Assembly (NCBI GenBank): GCA_963734675.1
Contig: CAVTHZ010000008.1
Location: 131,513-195,512 of the forward strand
DNA from: an uncultured Acidobacteriaceae bacterium
Lineage (GTDB): Bacteria > Acidobacteriota > Terriglobia > Terriglobales > Acidobacteriaceae
Length of the DNA: 64,000 nt
Reading direction: 5' to 3'
The notes beneath the pieces are model-generated. The model ran no database searches, was not told where the DNA came from, and saw nothing but the letters and a program-made list of their open reading frames with translations. Positions 26,466-36,232 of this stretch are shown one piece after another; within the stretch, counting starts at the first letter, position 1; each line of letters starts with the position of its first letter. Position numbers and translations under genes: made by a program.

Positions 26466-28142
26466 TCAATATGAAGGGATTTGCAACTTTTGCCGGCGTT
26501 CGTTGCCTGTGGCCGACGTTTTAGATGTGAAAACGACAGCTACTTCGTCCGAGTAAATTGGCTGCCATCGCGGAGTTTCCAAAAGGATATTGGCGAGAGC
26601 GGAAGACTTGGGGATCAGCAATATATTTGCCGGATATTGGTCGATAAAATCCTGCCACCCGGGTTCGACGTGAATTGTTTTCAGGTAAGACTTGAGGAAT
26701 GGCTCGCCGTAGAGATCATGGCGGTCGTCGATTACGACCTTGGTTTGGGGATAGAGGCGATAGATCAGATAGCCGCCCCAGAAATCAGGAGCGAAGATGG
26801 GACCGCGAATATTGTGGCGCTCCACATAATCGACCGAAGCGACAGGAAAGCGCGTCGAGTCGAAATGAGCATTCATGAGGGTAGATGTGCCAGCCTTGCC
26901 GCCATGAAAGGCAATCCACGCGGAGATCGCGATTGCGGCGATGACCCAGACATGACCTCGCAGACCCGAATCGATGGCCCGCATTCGCTGAAGGAAAGAT
27001 TCGGCTGAAACTTTTGATGTGCCTGCTACTGTTCTGGTGAAGCTTTCTGATACAAAGTTCAGCGCGCGCGACAGTTTCGGGCCTATCACCCAGATTAGAA
27101 GCAGCGAGGACACCGGAATGTTGCGTGCTGCATATAGCCCGGAATAGGCAGCGAAAAGTATGAGAAGCAGTTCGGCGTGATTTTTACTGTCATCGATTTT
27201 GTCTGCCGCCAGCGCCAGTAGCGTAAGAATCAACAATAGGGCAAAGCATTTTTGTGCGACACCATGAAAGTTCGGAGATTGAAATTCGTCGATGTGATCC
27301 ATCAGGAAGCGATTGGAGAGATAGCGGTAGATGTGAATATGCAGTTTCCAGCCATAAGGATTTACCAAAGTCGCGACGGCAGATAGAAATGCAATTCCCG
27401 CGAGATCGCGAGCGCGCTTCCCTGCTCTGAGTTTTTCAAGAACCGCTTCAAAGTGATTCCCGCGCGAGCGAAAACTTTGCCAGATTGCGCTTAGCCAATA
27501 AATCGCGAGGAGAGCAAAGCCCACCAGAAATCCTCCGTGGACGTTGACCCAGATCAACATTGAAAGGGGGAGCAAAAACAGAATGCGGCGATTCTGCCAG
27601 GCGCCCGAATTACTTGTGCCGTGAGACTGCTCAAGGCGGTCCAAAATGCAGAGCCATAGTACTGCGAAGAGCCAGGTCACCACGTGCGGGCGCGCGAAGA
27701 AGTGGATCATCGACGCTGAGGCGGCGAACAGCAGCAATAGCAACGCGACAATGAGATTCGTCTTGCGACGTATAAGCAGGAGAAATATCCAGGAGAAAGT
27801 CGCCGCGATAACGATTGCGGTGAAGACCACCACGGCGTTCAGCCCGGCCGCTTGATCGAGCCATCCCACGACTACGTCATATAGCCATTCCCAGGCAAAC
27901 CAGGGATGGCCGGCCATCGAGGAGGAGAAAGGATCAACGTGAGGAATGGAGTGCGTTGCCAGGATCAATTGCCCGGTGCGGATGTGCCAGCCAATGCCGG
28001 CGTCACCGAGCAAACGCACGGATAAGTTGGTGAATGCAAGGACGCCGAGAAATGCGATGAAGATCAGATCTGCAATCGATGGCAAAAGCCATTGCGTGGG
28101 GGAACGATTATTGTTTGCAGAACTTATGGAACTGGTGTCCAT
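26466..28142 (-). CDS. polytopic integral membrane protein (about 12+ TM helices), function unknown; possibly GT-C-like
   Basis: 558 aa with many hydrophobic helices and a soluble C-terminal ~150 aa. No catalytic motif that I can name. Confidence 0.5.
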   Translation of the reverse strand: MDTSSISSANNNRSPTQWLLPSIADLIFIAFLGVLAFTNLSVRLLGDAGIGWHIRTGQLILATHSIPHVDPFSSSMAGHPWFAWEWLYDVVVGWLDQAAGLNAVVVFTAIVIAATFSWIFLLLIRRKTNLIVALLLLLFAASASMIHFFARPHVVTWLFAVLWLCILDRLEQSHGTSNSGAWQNRRILFLLPLSMLIWVNVHGGFLVGFALLAIYWLSAIWQSFRSRGNHFEAVLEKLRAGKRARDLAGIAFLSAVATLVNPYGWKLHIHIYRYLSNRFLMDHIDEFQSPNFHGVAQKCFALLLILTLLALAADKIDDSKNHAELLLILFAAYSGLYAARNIPVSSLLLIWVIGPKLSRALNFVSESFTRTVAGTSKVSAESFLQRMRAIDSGLRGHVWVIAAIAISAWIAFHGGKAGTSTLMNAHFDSTRFPVASVDYVERHNIRGPIFAPDFWGGYLIYRLYPQTKVVIDDRHDLYGEPFLKSYLKTIHVEPGWQDFIDQYPANILLIPKSSALANILLETPRWQPIYSDEVAVVFTSKTSATGNERRQKLQIPSY

Positions 28143-28169
28143 TGCGCTGAATCTTATAGACAGAACCGA

Positions 28170-29456
28170 ATGGACGGCAAGACTACCCCTCGAGTGGTGA
28201 TTGTGGGCGCGGGATTTGGCGGCTTAAACGCAGCCACGTCATTGACGAGCGCGCCGGTGAAGATCACAGTCATCGACAAGAAAAATTACCACACGTTTCA
28301 GCCGCTGCTCTATCAGGTGGCGACGGCCGGACTGTCTCCGGGCGAGATTGCTTCTCCCATTCGCTCGATTCTGCACGGACACAAGAATGTTGAAGTGTTA
28401 CTGGGTGAAGTGGTGGAATTCGACTTGCAAAGGCGAGTAGTAAAGGCCGCAGGTCAGGAGGGTGAGTATGAGGTCGGTTACGACTATCTGATCGTTGCAG
28501 CTGGAGCCAGCCATGCTTATTTCGGCCACGAGGAGTGGGAGACGCTAGCTCCGGGGTTGAAGACAATCGAAGATGCGCTGGAGATTCGAAGACGTGTGTT
28601 GCTGGCCTTCGAAGTGGCGGAGCGACGTGCATTCGCGGGTGAGGGGGATGATCCGCTGAACTTTGTCGTGGTTGGCGGAGGGCCGACCGGCGTGGAGCTG
28701 GCGGGCACGTTGGCGGAAATCTGCAGGCATGCTCTGGCGGAGGATTTTCGCTCGATCGATCCACGGCGCACGCATATCCGGCTGATTGAAGGCGGGCCGC
28801 ACGTCTTGCCCTCGTATCCCGAAGACCTTTCGCGCAGCGCGCTAGAGCAGTTGCAGCGCCTGGGCGTCGAGGTGCTGACTTCGACGATGGTGACGGGGGT
28901 CGAGCCGGGCGTCATCGTGATGGGCGAAACACGGATGAAGGCTACGGTCATCCTATGGGCCGCGGGCGTGGCGGCTTCGTCTCTGGGAAAGAAATTGGGC
29001 GTGCCGGTAGACCGCGCGGGCCGCGTGCTCGTGCATCCCGATTTAAGCGTTCCGGATCATCGGGAGATTTTTGTCATCGGCGATCTGGCGGCTTTGAAAG
29101 ATCAGCATGGCAAGCTGCTTCCGGGTGTCGCTCCGGTAGCGATTCTGGAGGGGCGGTATGTCGCGAAGGTGATTCGGCGGGAAGTTACTCACGGATTTTC
29201 TTCAGAATCTCGCAACGCTTTTCACTATTGGGATAAGGGCAGCCTGGCAACGATTGGCCGCGCGGCTGCGGTTGCCGAGTTTGGCAGGATTCACATTTCC
29301 GGATACATTGCGTGGCTGGCGTGGCTATTCATTCATATTTTCTTCTTGATTGGGTTTCGCAACCGGCTGCTGGTGTTTATTCAGTGGGCCTGGTCGTATT
29401 TCACGTATGAGCGAGGAGCGCGCCTGATCACAGGGAGTTCAAATTTGCCTGAGTGA
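28170..29456 (+). CDS. ndh: type II NADH:quinone oxidoreductase (NDH-2)
   Basis: Two Rossmann motifs (VVIVGAGFGGLNAA and FVVVGGGPTGVELAG) and a C-terminal membrane-anchoring helix. Start moved to MDGKTTPRVV. Confidence 0.85.
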   Translation: MDGKTTPRVVIVGAGFGGLNAATSLTSAPVKITVIDKKNYHTFQPLLYQVATAGLSPGEIASPIRSILHGHKNVEVLLGEVVEFDLQRRVVKAAGQEGEYEVGYDYLIVAAGASHAYFGHEEWETLAPGLKTIEDALEIRRRVLLAFEVAERRAFAGEGDDPLNFVVVGGGPTGVELAGTLAEICRHALAEDFRSIDPRRTHIRLIEGGPHVLPSYPEDLSRSALEQLQRLGVEVLTSTMVTGVEPGVIVMGETRMKATVILWAAGVAASSLGKKLGVPVDRAGRVLVHPDLSVPDHREIFVIGDLAALKDQHGKLLPGVAPVAILEGRYVAKVIRREVTHGFSSESRNAFHYWDKGSLATIGRAAAVAEFGRIHISGYIAWLAWLFIHIFFLIGFRNRLLVFIQWAWSYFTYERGARLITGSSNLPE

Positions 29457-29499
29457 GGAGGCTACCGCACCGCGAGACGCCCACGTTTAAGCGGATAAA

Positions 29500-29928
29500 T
29501 CAGCCCTGGGTGATTTCGATTTTTCTTGTATTTTCGCCTTCGGGCTCAAGAGAAATTTCCACATCCCGCTGGCGTACAAGATTCGGAAACTTCTCACCCC
29601 ATTCAATTAGCAGGATGCTGTCTTTTGTGCGCAAATCGTCTAGGCCCAGGGTTTCGAGCTCGCGCGGCGTATCGATCCGGTAGAGATCAATGTGGTAGAG
29701 CGTGACCTCCGGTCCGCGATATTCATGCACCAGAGTAAACGTCGGACTGGTGACGTCCTCTTCTTCGCTGGCATTGAAACCGGCGGCAATTCCCTTGACC
29801 AGCGTGGTCTTCCCTGCGCCAAGGTCCCCGCGCAGCAATATGAGTTTTGGCGGCGTCAGCAGTTCGACGAGCTTTCGGCCGAGGGCTACGGTTTCTTCCG
29901 GGGAATGTGTCGTCGTCTCTCGCGTCAT
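29500..29928 (-). CDS. tsaE: tRNA t6A37 biosynthesis ATPase TsaE
   Basis: 142 aa. Walker A GDLGAGKTTLVKG, SPTFTLVHEY and YHIDLYR motifs typical of TsaE/YjeE. Confidence 0.85.
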   Translation of the reverse strand: MTRETTTHSPEETVALGRKLVELLTPPKLILLRGDLGAGKTTLVKGIAAGFNASEEEDVTSPTFTLVHEYRGPEVTLYHIDLYRIDTPRELETLGLDDLRTKDSILLIEWGEKFPNLVRQRDVEISLEPEGENTRKIEITQG

Positions 29929-30048
29929 GATTGCGGCCGGCGCTTATGCGTGACCGTTCAGTATAGCTAGAGGCGACGAGACTTTGACGGTACGGGGGTT
30001 CTTCGCTCGCGGTGTTTCGCTCGCCCGGACTCGCGAAACTCTGCGGAG

Positions 30049-30447
30049 CTAGATCGTTTTCGGCGTGACGAAGACCGACGACTTGAGCCCGAGCAGGTTA
30101 TTGCGATCGACAACATGGTCGACGGAAGTGCGCAAGCGGCGGTGGTCGTCGTCTTCGAACGCGACGAAACGGAACGGTTGCAGCGTTCCATTCGGCGCTT
30201 TGCGCATCGGTTCCAGGATCTCGGCCATCCCGTGCACTGGACCGGCTTGGGTTTGAAAGGCTAGTTCGACAAAAGATCCGCTTCCGAGGGGATGCTGCAG
30301 TTGCAGCAGCCCTCCGGTCACGGAAATCGATTGCAGTCTTGCTTTTGTGCGCCGGCCATCTTCTAAACGAATCGCAGCTAGAACGGAAGCTCCAAGCTGG
30401 ACCCTGGCCGCGCGCCTCGAGGGGTGCGGTTGGGGGAAGTGAGTCAT
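30049..30447 (-). CDS. PilZ domain protein (putative c-di-GMP receptor)
   Basis: RRAAR (RxxxR) followed by LQSISVTGGLL ((D/N)xSxxG-like) about 25 residues later. 132 aa. Confidence 0.6.
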   Translation of the reverse strand: MTHFPQPHPSRRAARVQLGASVLAAIRLEDGRRTKARLQSISVTGGLLQLQHPLGSGSFVELAFQTQAGPVHGMAEILEPMRKAPNGTLQPFRFVAFEDDDHRRLRTSVDHVVDRNNLLGLKSSVFVTPKTI

Positions 30448-30612
30448 AACTGAAGATACTGTGGCACGACGCGAGCACCGACAACAGGTTACGGAAGAAG
30501 AGGCTGGAGTCCGCTCTGGAGGCCGGGTTTCGGGTGGTCGAACAGTTGCAGCGTCAAGGAGATGGCGAGGGTTTACTGATAGGTTAATGTCCGATAGTAC
30601 AGTTGGCCTGGT

Positions 30613-32181
30613 TCAGAACTGGACTGTTTTTTCTCGCGCCTTGCGTTGCATGCGGCGGAAAGCTTCGGGCAGGCCAGTAAGAAGGTCGGTGGCGATTAAG
30701 GAATGCTCGCCCAGAGTTTCGCGCATCACGTCGCCGGCGAGGCCGTGAAGGTGAACTGCGGCGCAGGTTGCGAGAAACACATCTTTGTTATCGGCATGCT
30801 GCGCAATCATTCCCGCGACCATCCCCGTGAGAATGTCGCCAGTGCCGCCGGTGGACATGCCCGGATTGCCGGTGGTGTTCACCCAGGCTTCGCCGTCTGG
30901 ATGCACTACCAGCGTTCGATGGCCCTTGAGAACAACAATCAGCTCGTGCTCGCGCGCAAATTTTCGGGCTACTCCCAGTCGATCTTTTTGGACGTCAGGA
31001 ATGCTCATGCGGGCCAGACGCGCCATCTCGCCGGGGTGCGGTGTGATCACTAGCGTTTTTCCTGCGCCGTTTAATTCGTCGGCGCGGTTTTCGAAGGCAT
31101 TCAGACCGTCGGCATCGAGAACTACAGGGGTACGTGTTTTGGCAACCAGCGCGCGAACGAGTTCGGAAGTTTCGGGGTTGCGCGAGATTCCGGGGCCAAT
31201 GGCCAGGACGGTTTTGTTCTCGGATAATTCTTCGATTTGAGCGAGGGCTGCAGCGGAGATCGTGCCTGCGTTGGTTTCGGGCAGCGGTTCGGTCATCAGC
31301 TCCGGATGGAAGCTGGCGACAGTGGGCAGAGCGGATTTTGCGGTTGCTACCGTCGAGAGGCCCGCTCCGGAGCGCAACGCGGAAATGCCTGCCATGGCTG
31401 CGGCCCCAGCTTTGCCCAGCGAACCGCCGATCACGAGGACGTGTCCGTAGTTGCCTTTGTTCGATTCGGCGGGACGTGGGCCGACGAGGCGAGACAAGTC
31501 GGGAGGTGTAATTACGTTCAGGTGCAGATTGGAGACGATTGCTTCGTCGGGAGAACCGATGGGGGCGACTATCGTTGGTCCAGATGTCAGCAGGCTGAAG
31601 ATATGGGCGGGACGCGGGGCTGTGAAAGTGACGATGGCGCTGGTTCGGACGATGGTGCCGGTTTGCGGGCTGGTTGCGTCGGCGTCCGCGCCGGAGGGGA
31701 TATCGACAGCGATCACCGGCGCTGAGGTTTCATTCAATCCTTCGATCGCGCCGGCGTAGAGGCCCGTTACTGGCGGCTTGACGCCTGTACCCAGAACTGC
31801 GTCGATGTAAAGGTCTGCGTCGAAGAGAGAACGCACGCGCTCGCTTTGCACCTCGTCTATCGAAGTGGCGCTGATTGCTGGCTTCGGAAATTTCTTGAAC
31901 ATGGCTGCGGCATCGCCGCGGAGATCTTCGGGCTTCGCCAGCAGGAGTATTTGTACTCTTCTTCCCTCCTCGTACAGATCGCGAGCCGCTACAAAACCGT
32001 CGCCCCCGTTGTTGCCTTTGCCGCAGACGACTGTAATACGCTTCGCGTCGGGATACTGCTTCAAGACAAAATCGGCTACGGCGGTCCCGGCATTTTCCAT
32101 CAGCGTGAGCGAGGGTACGCCAAAGCGCTCGCTGGTAGAGCGGTCGATGGCGCGCATTTCTTCTGCCGAGACGATTTTCAT
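30613..32181 (-). CDS. nnr: bifunctional NAD(P)H-hydrate repair enzyme Nnr (epimerase/ADP-dependent dehydratase)
   Basis: N-terminal YjeF_N (MKIVSAEEMRAIDR..., GKGNNGGDGFV). C-terminal carbohydrate-kinase domain (GNYGHVLVIGGS, GGTGDILTG). Confidence 0.9.
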   Translation of the reverse strand: MKIVSAEEMRAIDRSTSERFGVPSLTLMENAGTAVADFVLKQYPDAKRITVVCGKGNNGGDGFVAARDLYEEGRRVQILLLAKPEDLRGDAAAMFKKFPKPAISATSIDEVQSERVRSLFDADLYIDAVLGTGVKPPVTGLYAGAIEGLNETSAPVIAVDIPSGADADATSPQTGTIVRTSAIVTFTAPRPAHIFSLLTSGPTIVAPIGSPDEAIVSNLHLNVITPPDLSRLVGPRPAESNKGNYGHVLVIGGSLGKAGAAAMAGISALRSGAGLSTVATAKSALPTVASFHPELMTEPLPETNAGTISAAALAQIEELSENKTVLAIGPGISRNPETSELVRALVAKTRTPVVLDADGLNAFENRADELNGAGKTLVITPHPGEMARLARMSIPDVQKDRLGVARKFAREHELIVVLKGHRTLVVHPDGEAWVNTTGNPGMSTGGTGDILTGMVAGMIAQHADNKDVFLATCAAVHLHGLAGDVMRETLGEHSLIATDLLTGLPEAFRRMQRKAREKTVQF

Positions 32182-32270
32182 GGAATTCAGGGCCTAAAGG
32201 TCTGCGCCCAGGCTAGGAAAGACTGACGAACCGCATCGTTCGTTTTTCTGGTCCGGCCCTCGCCCTGAAA

Positions 32271-33782
32271 TTAGTCTGCCATGGATGGCGAAGGCTTCGC
32301 CACCGTGGACGCATCTCGCGCCTGCACTTTGCTGTGCTTCTGCCCGTAGCTGAAATAAATGACCAAACCGATGATTAACCACACGATCAACCGGAGTTGC
32401 GTCCAGTAGGAAAGCGAAATGATAAGCACGGTGGAAAAAACAATCGCGAGAATCGGCACCAGCGGCACCATGGGAGTCTTGAAGGGGCGATTCAAGTCGG
32501 GGTGGCTCCTGCGCATGACCCAAACTCCGGCGCTTACCAGCACAAAAGCAAGCAGCGTGCCCACGCTCGTCATCTCGTCGAGCACGCTGAGCGGAACCAG
32601 TGTGGCCAGTAGAGCTACAAAAACTCCGACTACGATGGAACTGATATAAGGTGTGCGAAAGCGGGGATGAATTTTGCAGGCCCACGGCCACAGCAAACCG
32701 TCGCGTGACATGGAATAAAACACGCGCGACTGGCCGAGCAGCATCACAAGCATTACCGTGGCGAGCCCCCCAATGGCGCCTAATTCCACCAGGAACGTCG
32801 CCCACTGGTGACCCGTTACTCGAATACCGACGACCACGGGATCGGGAACCATGAGTTGATCGTAAGGAACAAGGCGCGTGAGCAACCCGGAAACCAGGAT
32901 GTAAAGAACCGTGCAAATTACCAGCGAACCCAGGATGCCCAACGGCATGTCTTTTTTCGGATTCTTCGCTTCCTGTGCCGCCGTTGAAACGGCGTCAAAC
33001 CCAATATAGGCGAAGAAAACCACCCCGGCCCCGCGCAAAATTCCGGACCAGCCAAACTCACCTCTGGTGCCCGTATTCGGCGGAATGAACGGATGCCAGT
33101 GGTTTGGCTGCCCGCCGTGCGAGAATACGAAGTACCCAGCCATTGCGATGAACATGCACACTACGGCGACTTTCAAGATCACGATCGCGGTGGTGAAGTT
33201 TGCCGATTCTTTGATTCCAATCACTAGAATCGCGGTGATGGCCATAATCACCAAGAACCCGATGTAGTCGTACTTCAGGTGCACGGGATATCCAAACATC
33301 AAGAAATCGGAGGATGGCATTGCGGGCAAGCCGACGCCCAGGTCTTTGAGAAAGGCTCGAAAGTGGCCGCTCCAGCCCACGGCCACGGTGGCTGCGCCGA
33401 AGGCATACTCCAGAATCAGGTCCCAGCCAATAATCCAGGCAACAAGTTCACCGAGAGTGGCGTAGGAGTAGGTGTATGCGCTGCCCGCGATCGGGATCAT
33501 GGAGGCAAACTCAGCGTAGCAAAGTCCGGCAAATGCGCACGCGATGCCAGCCAGCACAAATGAAATCACGATCGCTGGCCCGGCAAACTGCGCGGCCGCC
33601 TGGCCGGTAATTACGAAAATGCCCGCCCCGATAATCGCGCCGATGCCGAGCGTCAACAAATTCAACGGTCCGAGAGCGCGCCGCAAACTGTGCTCGTCGG
33701 TTTCGGAGGCCTCCTTCATTAATGTGGGCAGGTCTTTTTTTGCGAACAGATTCGCCATGCTGAGTTTCTCCTTGGGTTCCAA
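32271..33782 (-). CDS. APC-superfamily amino acid permease (cationic amino acid transporter-like)
   Basis: LGPLNLLTLGIGAIIGAGIFVITG is a TM1 signature. 12-14 predicted TM helices. Confidence 0.8.
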   Translation of the reverse strand: MEPKEKLSMANLFAKKDLPTLMKEASETDEHSLRRALGPLNLLTLGIGAIIGAGIFVITGQAAAQFAGPAIVISFVLAGIACAFAGLCYAEFASMIPIAGSAYTYSYATLGELVAWIIGWDLILEYAFGAATVAVGWSGHFRAFLKDLGVGLPAMPSSDFLMFGYPVHLKYDYIGFLVIMAITAILVIGIKESANFTTAIVILKVAVVCMFIAMAGYFVFSHGGQPNHWHPFIPPNTGTRGEFGWSGILRGAGVVFFAYIGFDAVSTAAQEAKNPKKDMPLGILGSLVICTVLYILVSGLLTRLVPYDQLMVPDPVVVGIRVTGHQWATFLVELGAIGGLATVMLVMLLGQSRVFYSMSRDGLLWPWACKIHPRFRTPYISSIVVGVFVALLATLVPLSVLDEMTSVGTLLAFVLVSAGVWVMRRSHPDLNRPFKTPMVPLVPILAIVFSTVLIISLSYWTQLRLIVWLIIGLVIYFSYGQKHSKVQARDASTVAKPSPSMAD

Positions 33783-33789
33783 GCAAACG

Positions 33790-35259
33790 TCAGGTGCGGC
33801 TTACGTTCCGCTCCCCACTCCGCGACCAAGCGTAATAAACCGGAATACCGATCAGGACGACGATCAGCCCCGGCCAGGTGTATTGCGGCTTATAGCGCAA
33901 TAGTATGACATCGACGAACGCCGCCATCAGTATATAAATCGCCGGCAGAACCGGATAGCCAACGGCCCGGTAAGGTCTTTCGGCATTTGGACGCTTGCGC
34001 CGCAGCACGAAGAGTCCGGTGATTGTCAGAATATAAAAGACCAGCGCAGCGAAGATAATGTAATCGAGAAGCTGGCCGTAGCTGCCGGAGATGCAGAGCA
34101 GGCAGGTCCAGATTAGTTGCACCATCAGCGAGACGACCGGCGTTTTATACGTTGGATGCAGATTGGCTACTCTGCGGAAAAAGAGGCCGTCTTTGGCCAT
34201 CGCGTAATAAACGCGGGCACCGGAAAGGATGAGGCCGTTGGCGCAGCCGAAGGTTGAAATCAAGATGGCCCCGGCCATCAGCAGGCCGCCGAGGGGGCCG
34301 AACATTTGCGTCATGGCGGCGGTGCCTACGCGGTCCTCTATGGCGTGCTGGATGCCGCGGCCTAACACGGTTGTGGCGGTGGCGCTGCCTTCGAGTGGAA
34401 GTGTGTTCAGATAGACGAAATTGCAACCCATGTAGAGGGCGATTACTACGATCGTGCCCAGCGCCAGCGAAATGGGGAGATTGCGGCTGGGATTTTTTAC
34501 TTCTCCGGCGGTGAAGGTTACGTTGTTCCACGCGTCCATGGAGAAGAGCGAACCTACCTGCGCTACGGCGAGGATGGTCAGCGTGCCCACCATGACGACC
34601 GGTCCGCCAACCCCGACCTGCACTGCGTGCTGCGCGCCGAGAGCGGCGTTGCGCCAGAAGTGTCCGCTGAAATTTGCCGCGATGGCGGTTGCGTTGCGGC
34701 CGAGAGCTACGCCGAGCAGAGCGAGCGCGAGAAGACATGCGGCCTTGGCTGCGGTAAAAACGTTCTGAATCATCGCGCCGGTCTTGACGCCGAAGATATT
34801 TATTATCGAAAGGAAGATCACGATCACGATCGCGACAAGATTCTGGGTGTTGATGCCGACATCCATATTGCCGAGAACCATGGGTCCGATTGGAATCGGA
34901 GGAACTTTCCAGAAGTGGAGAATCCAGTGAGTCGAAGAGATTGAGGGAAAGAAAACGCCGAGGAACTTGCCGAAGGCCACGCCTACGGCGGCGATGGTGC
35001 CGGTCTGGATAACCATGAACAGCGTCCAGCCGTAGAGAAATCCCCAGAGCGGGCCGAGCGACTCGCGCAGGTAAACGTATTGGCCGCCGGCGCGGGGCAT
35101 CATGGCCGCAAGTTCGCCATAACTGAGGGCAGCGATGATCGTCATCACTCCGCCCATGGCCCACGCGGCCAGTAGCAAAGCGGGCGAGTCGACTTCGCGG
35201 GCGATATCGGCGGAGACGATGAAGATGCCGGAGCCGATCATCGAGCCGATGACCAGCAT
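33790..35259 (-). CDS. APC-superfamily amino acid permease; 5' end unresolved
   Basis: MLVIGSMIGSGIF is a TM1 signature. The frame stays open and protein-like upstream (DKELVKGLGLTSAT) but has no ATG/GTG/TTG. See findings. Confidence 0.7.
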   Translation of the reverse strand: MLVIGSMIGSGIFIVSADIAREVDSPALLLAAWAMGGVMTIIAALSYGELAAMMPRAGGQYVYLRESLGPLWGFLYGWTLFMVIQTGTIAAVGVAFGKFLGVFFPSISSTHWILHFWKVPPIPIGPMVLGNMDVGINTQNLVAIVIVIFLSIINIFGVKTGAMIQNVFTAAKAACLLALALLGVALGRNATAIAANFSGHFWRNAALGAQHAVQVGVGGPVVMVGTLTILAVAQVGSLFSMDAWNNVTFTAGEVKNPSRNLPISLALGTIVVIALYMGCNFVYLNTLPLEGSATATTVLGRGIQHAIEDRVGTAAMTQMFGPLGGLLMAGAILISTFGCANGLILSGARVYYAMAKDGLFFRRVANLHPTYKTPVVSLMVQLIWTCLLCISGSYGQLLDYIIFAALVFYILTITGLFVLRRKRPNAERPYRAVGYPVLPAIYILMAAFVDVILLRYKPQYTWPGLIVVLIGIPVYYAWSRSGERNVSRT

Positions 35260-35378
35260 AGTGGCGCTGGTGAGGCCGAGGCCTTTGACCAGTTCTTTGT
35301 CCTGGTGGGTGTGGACTTCCCAGTCTGTGGGGGTGGTCGGGGTTGTGGGTGGGTGCAGGACTCCTCCCGGTAATTTCT

Positions 35379-35464
35379 GTCATCCTGAGCGCAGCGGAAG
35401 ACCTAGGCAATTTGCCGCTGCCGGCCGCCGAAATGCATGGATCCTTCGCTGCGCTCAGGATGAC
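35379..35464. repeat. best-preserved copy of the GTCATCCTGAGCG palindromic repeat (86 bp, two ~25-nt arms)
   Basis: Left arm GTCATCCTGAGCGCAGCGGAAGACC (35379-35403). Right arm GGATCCTTCGCTGCGCTCAGGATGAC (35439-35464). The arms are near-perfect reverse complements. Confidence 0.75.
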
Positions 35465-35508
35465 AAGTGAATGTTAGATAACAGTGAGCGTCGGCGCTCC
35501 TGAGCACT

Positions 35509-36123
35509 TTACCTCAAGATGCGGAAAAATTCCTCTGCTGATTTGCGGGGGCCTTTTAATAAATCGGAGATCACGGCTACGGAGTCGGCTCCCGCCTCGA
35601 TCACCGAGGCAGCGTTGGCGCGCGTGATACCGCCGATTGCGACCAGCGGCTTGCGGGTTAGCTGGCGGGCGCGGCGGACTCCTTCAAGGCCTACGACTGG
35701 GTCTGGATTTTCTTTGGTTGACGTGGCGAAAACCGGACCGATGGCGAGGTAGTCGGCCGAGGTTTGATCTGCTTCAGCTAATTGCTCGGGATTGTGGGTG
35801 GAGACTCCGAGCCAGCGATTGGGGCCGATAATTCTGCGGACGGACTCGGGCGAGAGATCGTCCTGGCCTACGTGAACGCCGTCGAAGCCGGTGGCGAGGC
35901 AAAGATCGGCGCGGTCGTTCATGATTAGCTTGACGGATGCGGGCAGGCGATTTCTCAGTTCACGGGCGTGGTCGAGCATTTGGCGGGCGTTGTTGGATTT
36001 GTTGCGGTATTGGAGGAGGGTGCAGCCGGCGGTTACGAGCTCTTCCGCGGCGGTAAACAATGAGTTGGCTTGGGGAAAGCACTGACCATCGAGAATGGCG
36101 TACAAGCGAGAAAACCGCAACAT
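35509..36123 (-). CDS. thiE: thiamine-phosphate synthase
   Basis: LYAILDG...LLQYRNK...DGVHVGQDD...YLAIGPVFATSTK...VAIGGI are typical ThiE motifs. Confidence 0.85.
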   Translation of the reverse strand: MLRFSRLYAILDGQCFPQANSLFTAAEELVTAGCTLLQYRNKSNNARQMLDHARELRNRLPASVKLIMNDRADLCLATGFDGVHVGQDDLSPESVRRIIGPNRWLGVSTHNPEQLAEADQTSADYLAIGPVFATSTKENPDPVVGLEGVRRARQLTRKPLVAIGGITRANAASVIEAGADSVAVISDLLKGPRKSAEEFFRILR

Positions 36124-36232
36124 ACGTTCCTACAGTGTATCGGTTGCTAATTGCCTCGGCGAGCAATCCCAGCATTTCCGCTTCTCAAGGGGATCCCGAG
36201 GCATGAGCTAGATCGCGTGATAAAGTGCTCAA

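Noticed and set aside
34145-35410. 421-aa minus-strand ORF overlapping the second APC permease in a different frame
   Set aside because: The translation is extremely Arg/Pro/His-rich with no hydrophobic helices, and its ATG lies inside the palindromic repeat. The alternative frame gives a canonical 12-TM permease.
36124-36232. Possible TPP riboswitch upstream of thiE
   Set aside because: I looked for the conserved CUGAGA and ACCUGAUCUGGAUAAUGCCAGCG-like elements on the minus strand. Only a weak CTTGAGA match was present, without the P4/P5 pyrophosphate-sensor helix sequence.
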